64,000 nucleotides of DNA, taken from positions 24,740,001-24,804,000 of the forward strand of contig NC_086109.1 of assembly GCF_963921235.1 (NCBI RefSeq), given 5' to 3'. Positions 1 through 13,260 of the stretch are shown here, piece by piece. Numbering within the stretch: position 1 is the stretch's first letter; every line of letters starts with the position of its first letter. The notes under the pieces are model-generated. The model saw nothing but the letters and a program-made list of their open reading frames with translations, was not told the DNA's origin and ran no database searches. The stretch comes from Mobula hypostoma (taxonomy: Eukaryota). Position numbers and translations under genes: made by a program.

Positions 1-198
1 ATTGACTTGTTTTTACGTTGAACATCCCTGAACCAGTGTTACAAGTTACTCAGTGGTATCAAAATATTGAGATGTGATTTTTTCTGCCACAACCCCTTGT
101 ACAAATATAATTGGCCAATCCCAATCCAATCAAGCCTCAAGACACAATAGTTTCATATAGGGTGGATAACCAAGCCAACATCACATATCCCATGTGCA

Positions 199-409
199 AA
201 CAACAGGAATTCAGCAGATGCTGGAAATTCAAGCAACACACATCAAAGTTGCTGGTGAACGCAGCAGGTCAGGCAGCATCTCTAGGAAGAGGTACAGTCG
301 ACGTTTCAGGCCAAGACCCTTCGTCCTGATGAAGAGTCTCGGCCTGAAACGTCGACTGTACCTCTTCCTAGAGATGCTGCCTGGCCTGTTGCATTCACCA
401 GCAACTTTG
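199..409 (-). mobile_element. Short Penelope-like (PLE) pLTR-derived hairpin insertion
   Basis: Inverted arms 242-325 and 328-411 (about 6 mismatches); flanked by 14-bp direct repeat ATATCCCATGTGCA (185-198, 410-423); similar to the terminal repeat of the PLE remnant at 28003-28578. Confidence 0.85.
323..358 (+). ncRNA. Minimal type I hammerhead ribozyme-like motif
   Basis: GTC-CTGATGA-AGAGTCTCGGCCT-GAAAC-GTC-GACTG: CUGANGA and GAAA boxes, GUC triplet, palindromic ACGT in place of helix III, 3-bp helix I (GTC/GAC), weak helix II. Activity untested. Confidence 0.5.
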
Positions 410-726
410 ATATCCCATGTGCATTACTTAAAAATAGTCAGTCTGGCAAAATCTGACCTAAGCCCAAAGACATATAATATTTTGACACCCAAACCAATTC
501 ATTGATTGATTTTCAATATTGTTTGAGACCCCATGTGATTTAGAAGTCCTATTCTCACAATGGACTGCAATATTATGGGCTGGTGTCATACACTCTTCAT
601 TGGACAGATAGGAAGCTAGTAGGTCAACCATTTTGTTGACGTGACCATTATAAAGCCATGGATTCCTTCAGCCTCATAACTTCAATACTTTAAACGTTCC
701 CTATTATATCATAGCTTTACCTCTGT

Positions 727-727
<1 letters not shown>

Positions 728-760
<33 letters not shown>
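728..760. repeat. (CT)n microsatellite
   Basis: About 16 perfect CT units. Confidence 0.97.
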
Positions 761-762
<2 letters not shown>

Positions 763-1712
763 GCTGTTTTTCTCTCTCTACCTTTGGCAATTGACATCAA
801 CATGAAATATGATTCAGAGCTGAGGAACCTGTCTGTTTTGAACATTTTCTGTCACAATTAGCATTGCCTTTGAGGAGGAAAGAAATTAATGATGAGGCAG
901 TTTTATGCCAAGATAGTTTTAAATCCAATTAACTTTAAGTTGGCCGTCACTAAAATAAACTCAGCAACTGCCAAATTAATTTATTAATTCATTTATTGAC
1001 AATATTTCTAATTACACTTTATCACATTTTTGGGAGATAAAGTATTACCTCATTAATTAAAATTCAATTTGTGGGAGGTTGATTGTAAGACACCATCACA
1101 GGGCCACTAATCATTTATTGCTTCCTTTTCTCTCTAATCCTTTGAAAACTCATATCCATTACTTTAAACAAACTAACTGGGAAATCTGGAATCCCAAAAG
1201 TCTGTCAGTCTTTCAAGGAGATCGGTGGGTTTTTCCTTGATAAAATTATCAAGATATCTGGAGGGAAGACAGACAAATGGAATTAGGGGTCAATCATGAT
1301 CTGATTGAAAAGTGGTACAGAATGGAGGGGCTGAATGGCCAACATGCTAGGAAGAGTAGGTTTCAGCTATCATGCAGCTCTCTTAATTCACATTTTCTTC
1401 ATATCAGACAACAATTTTCCTCATTTTACATTTACCTGTGATTAATTTCTAAGATTGTCATTTTCTCTCCCAGGAATTGGAATCGCACTATGTGATATCT
1501 GCAATGAAGAATGGATTAACCAAGGATACATTAAGTAGAAACATATCAACTGGCAACCTGGAACATTTTAAGATAAACTGTGGAAACCTGAGATTAAATT
1601 GTCATGAGAACCAGAATAATGTGCTTGGGAAAATTTAACACAATAACTGAGTGGTAAAACTGGGAGCATGGTAACGAGGAACATGAACCATGGTAACATG
1701 AAAAGAAGGAAT

Positions 1713-2918
1713 AATCAGAATCAGGTTTATTATCACCAGCATGTGACGTGAAATTTGTTAACAGCAGCAGCAGTTCAATGCAGTACACAATATAGAAAAG
1801 AAACAAATAAATAAAATAAATAATAATAATAATAAATAATAAATTACAGTATACATAGATTTAAAAACATGCAAAAAAAATGGAAATACTGTATATTTTA
1901 AAAAGTGAGGTAGTGTCCAAGGGTTCAATGTCCATTTAGGAATCGGATGGCAGAGGGGAAGAAGCTGTTCCTGAATCGCTGAGTGTGTGGCTTCAGGTTT
2001 CTGTACCTCCTTCCCAACAGTAACAGTGAGAAAAGGGCATGTCCTGGGTGCTGGAGGTTCTTAATAATGGACTCTGTCTTTCAGAGACACTGCTCCCTGA
2101 AGATGTCCTGGCTAGTATCCAAGATGAACTGACCAGATTTACAACCTTCTGCAGCTTCATTCAGTCCTGTGCTGTAGCCCCTCCATACCAGACAGTGATG
2201 CAGCCTGTCAGAATGCTCTCCACAATACAACTCTAGAAGTTTTTGAGTGTATTTGTTGACATGCCAAATCCCTTCAAACTCCTAATGAAGTATAGCCGCT
2301 GTCTTGCCTTCTTTATAACTACATCGATATGTTGGGACCAGGTTAGGTCCTCAGAGATCTTGACACCCAGGAACTTGAAACTGCTCACTCTCTCCACATC
2401 TGATCCCTCTATGAGGATTGATATCTGTTCCTTCATCTTACCCTTCCTGAAGTCCACAATCAGCTCTTTCGTCTTACTGACGTTGAGTGCTAGGTTGCTG
2501 CTGTGGCACCATTCCACTAGTTGGCATATCTCACTCCTGTACACCCTCTCGTCACCATCTGAGATTCTACCAACAATGGTTGTATCATCAGCAAATTTAT
2601 AGATGGTATTTGAGCTATGCCTAGCCACACAGTCATGTGTATGCAGAGAGTAGAGCAGTGGGCTAAGCACACACCCCTGAGGTGCGATAGTGTTGATTAT
2701 CAGCGTGGAGGATATGTTATCACCAATCTGCACAGATTGTGATATTCTGGTTAGGAAGTCAAGGATCCAATTGCAGAGGGAGGTACAGAGGCCCAGGTTC
2801 TGCAACTTCTCAATTAAATGCTGAGCTATAGTCGATGAACAGCATCCTGACATAGGTGTTTGTGTTCTCCAGGTGGTTTAAAGCCGTGTGGACAGCCATT
2901 GAGGTTGCCTCTGCTGTT
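1713..2918 (-). mobile_element. 5'-truncated Rex1/Babar-like LINE
   Basis: ORF 2233-2853 has RT motifs [31 protein letters not shown]; minus-strand 3' end AATAAACCTGATTCTGATT. Confidence 0.85.
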
Positions 2919-3239
2919 TCATGTCCCCAAACACATTTATGAGAACGGGTTAACTAGCAGTCTATTAACCAGAAATATGGTAACTGGCAGTTATAAGTAG
3001 GAAGTTGATGAAAATGAATCTCCCTCAGGGGTAAACTGATTCATTTGTATGGTGTTTATTTTTCTACTATTATAGAGAGGTATGAATCTTGTTATTATAA
3101 ATTTTATTGTTAAATTTATTGGCAAACTATCTTCACATAAATATGTTCTAATAATTCACAATGCCTTTTTCAACCCTTTAATTTCCCTAATTGTTTTTTT
3201 TGGAGCTCTCCATGCTGTGTAATCACAAATGCTCTCTCC

Positions 3240-3338
3240 AGATCTCGAGCAGCACACACAAACTGCTGGAGGAACTCAGCAACCCAGCAAGAGGAATGAA
3301 CAGTGAGTTTTTCGGGCTGAGACCTTTTATTAGGACTC
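3240..3338 (-). mobile_element. Decayed PLE terminal-repeat fragment
   Basis: TGCTGGAGGAACTCAGCA...CAGTGAGTTTTTCGGGCTGAGACC matches the family at 199-409. Confidence 0.7.
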
Positions 3339-4240
3339 CTCGCCCAATATTCCCACTGCCAAAGCAGAGATAGGGATCCCTTATTTACCATCCCATGGAA
3401 ATCTCGGTGCTCTCCAAATCTTCCAGCCTCTCCCTTGCTACTCATTTCCCGTCCCCTGCTCCTTTCCTTTATACTTCTAATGGAACCAAACCTTGAGGAT
3501 CCATGCTAAATGGGTATTACTGAACTTGCTTGCATTCCAGTTGACAAAGGATGAATGGGATTGCTTTCTATATAATGGGGTGTTCAGCCTGAGACAAGCA
3601 TCTATTCCTCAAAGGCACAGCCCGGACTGTGTCAAGTTTGAAAAATCAAGAGAACTGGTAACCCATTAATTAGTAATTAGATAGAAACAGATTTTGATTT
3701 GAAAAGACATTGAATTCTAATAGGGAATAGGAAGGAGCTTAAAAATTTGATGCTTTAGGAAAATGAGTTGCAATGAGTCTTAACTAAGTGCAAATGCAGA
3801 ACAACAGGATGGAAGATTTGAGGAAGTTAGATCCAAGGAAGTCAATATAGCAAGAACTGATTGAGTCAAGGGCAGGCTGTAGAGAAAGCAGCGAACCTAA
3901 AGGAAACAAACTAATTTCTTATTACATGTGCAGTGTATTAATTATAGTAATAAGGATAATATTCATAAATTATGCAAGTATAATTCAATTTTCTGTATGT
4001 ATTGATTATGAAATAGACTTCTTTTAATAAGCTGTAAACCCATGTCATGTCATTATAATACTTGACTAATAAAGTGAACATCTGATGCACTTAATATTTC
4101 TGATATTATTTGCATGTTCAAATAAATATGAATGTGAAAGAAATTTTTTGGTGTTAAGTCTTGGGCTTTCTCAACAATTCTTTGGTGGAATTTGGGATAT
4201 GGAAAAACTTATTAATTAGTTTGTAATGGAATTGGGAACT

Positions 4241-5944
4241 GGCAAAAGGATAGTGAGGGATAAAATTGGTCCCTTGGAGAATCAGAGTGGATGGCTATGT
4301 GTGGAGCCAAAAGAGATGGTGGAGATTTTGAACAATTTTTTTCTTCGGTATTCACTAAGGAGAAGGATATTGAATTGTGTAAGGTAAAGGAAACAAGTAG
4401 GGTAGTTATGGAAAGTATGACAATTAAAGAAGAGGAAGTACTGACACTTTTAAGGAATGTAAAAGTGGATAAGTCTCTGGGTCCGGACAAGATATTTCAA
4501 ATGTCGTTAGAAATGGGGATCGTGCCGGAGGATTGGCATATTGCTCATGTGGTTCCATTGTTTAAAAAGGGTTTTAAGAGTAAACCTGGCAATTATCGGC
4601 CTGTGAGTTTGACGTCAGTGGTGGGTAAATTGATGGAAAGTATTCTTAGAGATGGTATATATAATTTCCTGGATAGACAGGGTCTGATTAGGAACAGTCA
4701 ACATGGATTTGTGCGTGGAAGGTCATGTTTGACAAATCTTATTGAATTTTTTGATGAGATTACTAAGAAAGTTGACGAGGGTAAAACGGTGGATGTTGTC
4801 TATATGGACTTCAGTAAGGCCTTTGACAAGGTTCATGGAAGTAGTAAAATGGATTCAGCAGTGGCTAGATGGGAGACACCAGAGAGTAGTGATGGATAAC
4901 TGTGTGTCAGATTGGAGGACGGGGTGTAGCGGTGTGCCTCAAGGATCTGTGCTGGGTCCAATGTTGTTTGTAATATATATTAATGATCTAGGTGATGGGG
5001 TGGTAAATTGGATTAGTAAGTATGCAGGTGATACTAAGATAGGTGGTGTTGTGGATGATGAGGTAGGTTTTCAAAACTTGCAGAGAGATTTAGGACAGTT
5101 AGAAGAGTGGGCTGAAAGATGGCAGATGGAGTTTAATGCTGAAAAATGTGAGGTGCTACATTTTGGTAGAACTAATCAAGATAGGACATACATGGTAAAT
5201 GGTAGGGCATTAAAGAATGCTTTAGAACAGAGGGATCTAGGAATAATGGTGCATAGTTCCCTGAAGATGGAATCTCATGTGGATAGGGTGGTGAAGAAAG
5301 CTTTTGGTTTGCTGGCCTTTATTAATCAGAGCATTGAGTATAGGAGTTGGGATGTAATGTTGAATTTGTATAAGGCATTGGTAAGGCCAAATCTGGAGTA
5401 TTGTGTACAGTTCTGGTCACCGAATATTAGGAAGGATGTCAATAAAACTGAGGGAGTACAGAGGAGGTTTACTAAAATGTTGCCTGGGTTTCATCTCCTA
5501 AGTTACAGAAAAAGGTTGAACAAGTTAGATCTTTATTCTTTGGCGCGTAGAAGGTTGAGGGGAGACTTGATAGAGGTGTTTAAAATTATGAGGGGTATTG
5601 ATAGAGTTGACGTGGTTAGACTTTTTTCCATTGAGAGTGGGGAAGATTCAAACAAGAGGGCATGGGTTGAGAATTAGAGGGCAAAAGTTTAGGGGTAACA
5701 TGAGGGGGAACTTCTTTACTCAGAGAGTGGTAGCTGTGTGGAACGAGCTTCCAGCAGAAGTGGTTGAGGCAGGTTCTCTGTTGTCGTTTAAAGTTAAATT
5801 GGATAGATATATGGACAGGAAAGGAATGGAGGGTTATGGGCTGAGTGCAGGTCGGTGGGACTAGGATAGGATAAGAGTTCAGCACGGACTAGAAAGGCTG
5901 AGATGGTCTGTTTCCGTGCTGTAATTGTTATATGGTTATATGGT
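4241..5944 (+). mobile_element. 5'-truncated CR1-clade LINE, ORF2 pseudogene
   Basis: ORFs 4291-4899, 4742-5677, 5598-5864 give YRPVSLTS, QHGFVRGRSCLTNL, DFSKAFDKV, GVPQGSVLGP, YAGDTK (catalytic YADD altered), TRGH; internal deletions and frameshifts; tail (GTTATATG)n. Confidence 0.93.
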
Positions 5945-6189
5945 CATGTGTGTACCTTCACAACCCCCCAAATGGCAATCCACAAAGTAATAGCACATTA
6001 TCTGCCTTGCACCATTAGTTCACAACAGCTAATTCAGACACCATCACTATGTATTCTTGCCTGTTATTGATCCCTGAGTTTATTATCTCCACTGATATTC
6101 CCCTGATAGCAATGTGGTCATTTCCTGAATGCAGTATCAAGAACTATGATACAGAATTCTGTGGTCATCAGATGTGAAACCTATTTCCC

Positions 6190-7182
6190 AGATGGAGACC
6201 TATCTCCCAGAAAGGAAGATGTCGTGGTTGTTGATGTTTAATCAGTAAACCATCTAGACATCACTGCAGGAGTCCCTCGAGGCAGTGTCCTGTTCCCAAC
6301 CATCTTCAGTTACATCATTGACCCTCCTTGCGTCATCAGGCCATTACCCAGGACATTCACTGAAAACTGCACAAGATTCAACTCCATTTGCCATTTAGCA
6401 ATAAATGAAGAATTACATATTTGAATGCAGTAAAACCAGGTCAACATGTCAAGAGATGGGTAACATTTGTTCCACAACGCAGTCATGTAATGACCATCCC
6501 CATCTAAGAGGGTCTAACCACTTATTCTTACTCTAGGGATCACAATAGATCAGAAACTCAGCAGGGTCAATCACGTACAGTAAGCACTGTGGCTACAAGA
6601 GCAGGTAAGGGCTGCCTTTTTTTGCGGCAAGTTACTTACCTGCTGACTTCCCAAAACCTTTCCACCATTTGTAAAGCACAAATTTGGGGCATGAGTGATA
6701 CTCTTCACTTGCCTGAAAGAGTACACTGCCGACAACTCTCAAGAAAGTCAACGCTATCCAGTCCAAAGTAATCCACTTGACTGGCTTCCCAACAAACTGT
6801 GTTAGATCCCATCAGTCATTTGTTTCCTCTGCCATTGGCTCATCATGCCATCCACAAAATACAGTGCAGCTGCTCTCTCATGCATTTGTCAGAGTATCTC
6901 CCAAATCCACAACCCCTTCCACTGAGTAGGACGTGGGCAGTCGGTACATGGAAACACCATCACCTGCAAGTATCCCTTCAGGTTGCAAGCCATCCCGACT
7001 TGGAAATATATCACTGTGCCTTCATTGCCATTGGGCTCCACTTAGGAAACTATACACAACAGCAGAGTGGAAGCAACTTCGCTAGAAGGACAGTAGAGTT
7101 TTAAGATAACTCACTTGGCCTTCTGAAGGGTAGTTAAGGATAGGCAATAAACACTAGTCTTGGAAGCAGTGCCCTGGTCCTA
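6190..7182 (+). mobile_element. Old, heavily decayed CR1-like LINE 3' part
   Basis: Near 6260-6320 reads ITAGVPRGSVLFPTIFSYI (decayed GVPQGSVLGP motif); ends with GGCAATAAA-containing 3' UTR. Confidence 0.65.
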
Positions 7183-7319
7183 AAAAATTTAAAGTTTAAC
7201 ATGAAACGTTAACATTGTTGGTAATGGCATTTTATATAGGCCATGTATAGATCTCAGATCAAGATTTTAAAAACAATCCCATGCATTCTTGGAATGTGGG
7301 TGTTGCCAGGAGTGACATT

Positions 7320-7603
7320 ATTTATTGAGATACAGCATGGAATAGCACCTTCCAGCATCTTTAAGCCACACCACCCAGCAATCCTCCAACTTAATCCTAG
7401 CCTAATCATAGGACAATTTACACTGATGAATTGTCCTACAAACCAGCACGTCTTTGGACCGTGGGAGGAAACTAGAACACCTGGAGAAAACCCAGATGGT
7501 CAGGAGAAGAACATAAAAACTCCTTACAGGCAACGATGGGAATTGAATCCATGTCGTTGGTACTGTAAAGCGTTGTGTTGCCATTTATACTACCATGGTG
7601 CCC
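7320..7603 (-). mobile_element. tRNA-derived V-SINE (HE1-like)
   Basis: Minus strand has B box GATTCAATTCC and V-domain-like GGGTTTTCTCCAGGTGTTCTAGTTTCCTCCCAC, then a CR1-like tail. Confidence 0.75.
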
Positions 7604-8454
7604 TTGCCCGTACTCAGTTGCCTTAAGCATGTGCAATGAGTTTTCTGCAGTCTGTTTGGTGAATTTGCTTAGAGAGTGCTGTTTTATTGGAACACCCAGG
7701 ATTTTAAATCAGTGACAACTTTATCCTTTAATATTTATAAATAATCAACCGACAAATAAATTTGTGTCCATTCCGGTATATGAAAGAGGAATGAATTGAT
7801 TCCCGAGTGTTGTTGTTTCAACTATTAATGACTCAGACACTCAGTAACTGTACAGGATTCAATATTTAATTCCTGTACCACTCCTTTGCTTTGGGGCTTC
7901 CATTTTCTACATGAAAAGAGAACCTTCTTTCATTTCTTCTGACAACTATTCATGCCATTCTCAGCTATAAAGCAGTTTACTGATGATGCCATTTGGTCAG
8001 ACTGGAACCAACCCTCTTTTGAAGCAGTGGGTCTTTGTCTAGTAGCTGATGTTACCTCCCCTCCAGCGATGAGCTTCTTGTCAGAGGATAATATTTACAG
8101 GATCATCAGTTGGGACTTTCCAGGTCACTGGCAACAGAAATGAATGATACACCCAACATTATCCAATGTGCGATTTCACTCCTCAACACTAATACAAACA
8201 AACATAAATTTCACACAGAAACATTTAAAAAAGAAGCACTGGAAGAATTCTTTGAACTTCTTTCACTCCACATCTTACCAACTGAAAATTATGATACTAC
8301 ATGTCATATAATTGATTAATCAGTAACTTTATAAACTATAAACGTCTGACCTATTCCAGCATTCTAAATTGTGATCGGATTAAACTTTATTATTGTACTG
8401 CTGGCTGAATAGACAAGACCTGCAAAAAACACCTCATCCAAGTGTTAGAAGGAG

Positions 8455-9351
8455 GGTGGCAGAATAGTGCAGTGGTTAGTGCAATGCTTGTTAGTGCCAG
8501 CTAGAAGATCAGGGTTCAATTCCTGCCACTGTTTCTGTTAGATAGATTGATTATGACCAAAGAAAAAAATTGCTGGAGTCGCTTAGCACTTTAGTGCAAG
8601 AGTGTTTATTAGATGTGCCAAAAAAATCAACCATACAAAAATTAGTGAAAACGGCGAAAGGAAAGCTGCCATTATTTACAAAAAGATATCTACCAGAAAA
8701 CACAATAATAGGTTTGTGCTTATTCTTGTCCAGTGTGAACTCCAGGCAACCTTTCCCTTCTGAAGGAGATCAGCTCCCTTTTTTTACACCAGGACATACC
8801 ATTTTTAATTACCAACAAAGTTAACTTAAACCTACACATGAATTAGAATATGATGCACCCCACAATGTAGTTACAATCATATTACAAAATAAACAGAAGT
8901 GTCTTTCTTAAATACAGTTGCAAACAACATATACATATTTGCACATCCAAATTAGTAAAGAAATTGAATATCCTGCCATGTATGGTGGGAAAGGCACCAA
9001 AAAATCCACTCAAGTGTATCAGCTCAGTTTAGGGCCCTTTACGAGTATATACCAGGGAAGACAATTAAATGCATACCCTCAACACAATGACAGCAGAATG
9101 ACAAGGCAACGTTTGTGTATGTGTGTGTGTGTAAGGAGTGAGTTTACTGAGTGCTCTCCATCACAGTCTCTAAGCCTAAGGGGTTAGTACACTCTCCCTG
9201 TAAATGTGTGGCTAGGGTGAGTGAATTGTGTGCATGCTATGTTGGTTCCAGAAGCCTGGCGAAACTTAAGGGCTGTCCAGCACAATCCTCGCTGATTTGA
9301 TTTTATGCAGACAACATATTTTATTGTATGACTAATAAATCTAATCTCTAA
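8455..9351 (+). mobile_element. V-SINE apparently split by a ~590-bp insertion
   Basis: tRNA head with GGGTTCAATTCC at 8455-8537; SINE body resumes near 9128 (TGTAAGGAGT...AATAAATCTAATCT). Confidence 0.5.
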
Positions 9352-10854
9352 TCTTACGAAATAATAGAATATTCCTTCCACACTAAACTCAGAAGTCAAA
9401 CCCAAGATCAGATGCTCAATTTAACCTCCCACCTGGAAGCAAATTGCCAAGAGTCCAGATGACTGGAATTTCATCGTCGGCATCCAGGGAGCAAATAAAA
9501 AGTTGCAGCTGCTGGAAATCTGAAGGAAAAAGCAGAAATATTATTCAAAATACTCATCAAGTCAGGCAGCATCAATGAAGAGAGTCAAGTACTGCACAAT
9601 CGTCATCTTAGATAATAACTTTCCACTAGGACCAAAGGTGTTGCATCTCTGGAATTGTCTACGCTGGAAGGCTGTTACATCTAGATCACTGGAGGTAGGA
9701 GAAGTAAATTCTGTTTTAATAGTTGGAGGAACTGAGGTCTATGAGGAACGGGTGCCAGAGAGGAGATCGATCTCAGAGCAGATCAACTATATTCATATTG
9801 ACTAGCAGGACAGGTTTGAGGGGTTGAGGTATCCTTCCTATTCCTTCTATTTGCTTGTATTCTTGTGAGACAACAGTGACAACTATTTAGCTGTAGAAAA
9901 GTGACCCTGTGGTATGTATTTGCCTTTGGGGAAATGAGTGGGATGCTCAAATTCTGCACGCTCTGTGACGGCTCACTGAAATCAACGTATGATTGAAATT
10001 GCCTTGCTTCTGTGACTCGTTCAACAGAAACCTGACAGAATGAGACTTTACTTCCTGGAGTGTTTCAATCTTGTGCAGGATCAAACAAGTCCTGGCACAA
10101 TAACTGTCCATTAGTTGTAGAAATGCCCATCATTTTCCAGTCAGTTGCTAATTAAAAGCCCAAAGGATCCAACTGAAAGCTTGTCAAACTGTGACATGTT
10201 GAGTTGGGTTAACCTTTGGGGCATAGATGGGTTACGTTTAAGGAGATGCTGAAACAGCCACTGTACACAGCCTGGGAATGAAATGCAGCAAATAGAAAGT
10301 TGGAAGGGACAGAGCCAATTGCACAGCTTTCCGAGACACTCCAGACAAGAACTTGTGGATTAAACTAAAGGGATAACACAAGAATGGGCATTGTGGTTCC
10401 CCATTGATCTAACACTCATCTCTGTCAAAATGATTGCAATAAAACGTCCTCTAAATCACTGAACAAGAAAAGACTATTAATCCCAACAGCCCCACACCTC
10501 TTACATATCCAGATATATCCTACCCTATCACAAATTCTACCCATCCACTTAATATCCTTCATAAGCAATGTACAATCTTCTATGTTTTGGCAGGAATATT
10601 AAATTGTTCTCAAAAGGATGGACATTTTAGCCTTGGTTTACACCATTAAGGAGAGTCATTCCTCAACCAACAGCAAAAGTGAATTGTCTGATCAATAAAG
10701 AGACCAACTTGTTTCTGAGTGCTGCAATTAGATATGATCTTTGTTTGACACCTATCCACACCTAGCACAGACAGGAAGCGAAAGAGGAGAGCTGAGGGAA
10801 TGATGCATGAACAGAATAAGGGAAAAATGTCAGGGAATTAAAGTTATAGAGTCA

Positions 10855-11775
10855 TTGAGTCATAGACCACTACAGTACAGAAACAGGCCCTTCAGCCCAT
10901 CTAATCCATGCCAAACATCAACCTGCACCTGGACCATAGCCCTCCATACCCCTGTCATCCAGGTATACTTATCTAGACTTCTCTTAAATGTTGAAATCAA
11001 ACCCATATCTATCACTTCTGCTGGCAGCTCATTCCAAACTTACACAACCCTCTGAGTGAAGAAGTTCCTCCTCATGTTCCCCTTAAATATTTCATCTTTC
11101 ACCCTGAACCCATGACGTCTCATTCAAGTCTCACCCAACCTCAGTGGAAAAAGCCTGCTTGCGTTTACCCTATCTGTACCATTCATAACTTTGTAAAACT
11201 CTATCAAGTCTTCCCTCATTCTCCTATACTCCAGGGAATAAAGTCCTAACATAGAACATAGAACATAGAAATCCACAACAAATTACAGGCCCTTCGGCCA
11301 ATAATGTTGTGCCGACCATGTAACCTTCTCTAGAAACTGACTTTCCCTCGTGCATAGCCCTCTATTTTTCTAAGCTCCATGTACCTATCGAAGAGGCTCT
11401 TAAAAGACCCTATTGTATCTGCTTCCACCACTGCCGCCAGCAATGCATTCCACGCACCCACCATTCTCTGCTCTTTGTGTGAAAAACTTACCTGGACATC
11501 CCCTCAGTACCTATTTTCAAGCACCTTAAAACTATGCCCTGTCATGTTAGCCATTTCAGCCCTGGGTAAAAGCCTCTGTCTATCCACACAATCAATGCCC
11601 CTCATCATCCTATACACTTCCATAAGTTCACCTCTCATCCTCCGTCACTCCAAGAAGAAAAGGCCAAGTTCACTCAACCTATTCTCTTAAGGTACGCCCT
11701 CCAATCCAGACAACATCCTTGTAAATCTCCTCTGCACTCTCTCTATAGTATCCACATAACCTATTCAACCTTTCC
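10855..11775 (-). mobile_element. Two nested CR1 3' ends
   Basis: Outer element 10855-11250 resumes at 11757 (AAGTCCTAAC...TAACCTATTCAACC); inner element 11251-11756 begins with an (ATAGAAC)n tail. Confidence 0.8.
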
Positions 11776-12009
11776 TTATAATTCTGGTGCTCCAGCCCCA
11801 GCAGCATTCATTTGGATTGTATAGTGGAATTTGCTGCAATCTCACAGCCCCAGTGACATAGGTTCCGTTCTGAATTTTGCTTCCATCTGTGTGAAAATTG
11901 CACATTTTCTCTGCGATGGCTTCCCTTGTTTGATCAGTTTTTATACCACATACCAAAGTTATGCCGTTTAGTAGCTTAATTTGCTTCTGTAAATTACTCC
12001 TAGTGTAGA

Positions 12010-12240
12010 TGTGGTATTTTCCTTTTTAAGAAGGAAAGACAAATGATATGTCTGCATAAAAATATGTAAATATCATGTCTGTAGCATAATGACATCATCA
12101 TTCTTATGACATAAGCATAAGTGACCGTTCTTGCAGTAGATGACATAACCTTGCTTCCAAAGATTCTGGTTATCATCTAGACTTGTATTTAGCACTTAAA
12201 ACCAACTTCCTGTAAATACACCAGACCACCTGTCAACTCT
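12010..12240 (+). repeat. LTR-like dispersed repeat, copy 1
   Basis: Homologous to 14945-15225 (TAAGAAGGAAAGA, ATAATGACATCAT, GACATAAGCATAAGTGAC, TTCTTGCAGTAGAT); starts with TGT. Confidence 0.6.
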
Positions 12241-13260
12241 CACTGAATCTCCCTCTCTGCCCTGCCCAGCTGTCCCTTTTCTTACCCCAAGTATAGGAGA
12301 ATAAAGGTGGAGATGATAGTTAAGTGAGAGAGAAAATGTCTTAGTGGCGTAAGAGAGGGCATGGGATTGATGGAATTAGAAGCTGGCACTGACTCAGTGG
12401 TTAAGCACGCTCCTTTCAGCTATAAGAAGATATGAATCTGAGTATTTTTTCTTTCATGCATCCTGTCTTCTAACATTTTTACTTTTTGCCTTTCTGTTTA
12501 TTTTTCATTTTCTCTCTTTGCACTGCTCTTCATACAGCTTTGTCCGAGTTACTCTTTTCTATCTTGCCCTCTGTTTTTCTTTGATACGGCTTTTTTTTCC
12601 CTCTCCCGCTGGATATCTTTTACGGTAAGGTATAACCTTGCGGTTTACTTCTTGCTTATCTCCATGTGCTTCAGTTTATATTTCTGTTTCACTTTATTTA
12701 TTTCTATACTTCTCTGTCCAGTTTTCTGTTATATTTGAAAAGTCATAAAAACATATAACAATTATATTGTCATATATGTGATACAAATATGTCATTCATT
12801 TACAATAAAGTGACTACACCTCTCCTGAATCTCTTAATGTCTTCCAGAGCCTTCCATGTTGCAAAGGCTTTCAGACCATTTTAAATGCCCTACAACTGAC
12901 AATGTACATAGATTCCACTAAGGGAAAAGAAAATAGTGGTAGAAAGATTTTCACAGACTTTTGAGTAGCTGAAAAATATGGCAGGCACAAATAGAATATG
13001 GCAGAAACAGTGACTGCTATATTTGGTTGAACTGAAAAGTATTACAAAAAGAAAGAGATTTCCAACTGTGCATTGGGAATAGATTCACAAGAGGAATGAA
13101 CAATGAACCAGTCTAGGTTGTAAAGCACAAAGAACCTCATGTTTGATTATTGTTTCAACTCAATTGAAATCAGAGTGAAAAACACTCAAGAATGCTATCC
13201 ACTCTTGGGCTTACCTTACTCATTTTCAGGATCTGGATGCTGCTGGCATGGTCAGTGCCA

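Noticed and set aside
242..411. miRNA precursor or MITE with long TIRs
   Set aside because: Arms are asymmetric at the ends, TSD is 14 bp, and the sequence matches Penelope terminal repeats; no expression evidence for a miRNA.
1474..1535. Possible coding exon after TTTTCTCTCCCAG acceptor
   Set aside because: Only a weak donor follows, the peptides are unrecognisable, and no partner exons were found.
4291..5864. Intact reverse transcriptase gene
   Set aside because: Frameshifts, internal deletions, YAGD in place of YADD, no endonuclease domain.
8536..8886. Solo LTR inside the split V-SINE
   Set aside because: TGT...ACA ends are present but there is no matching TSD or second copy in the window.
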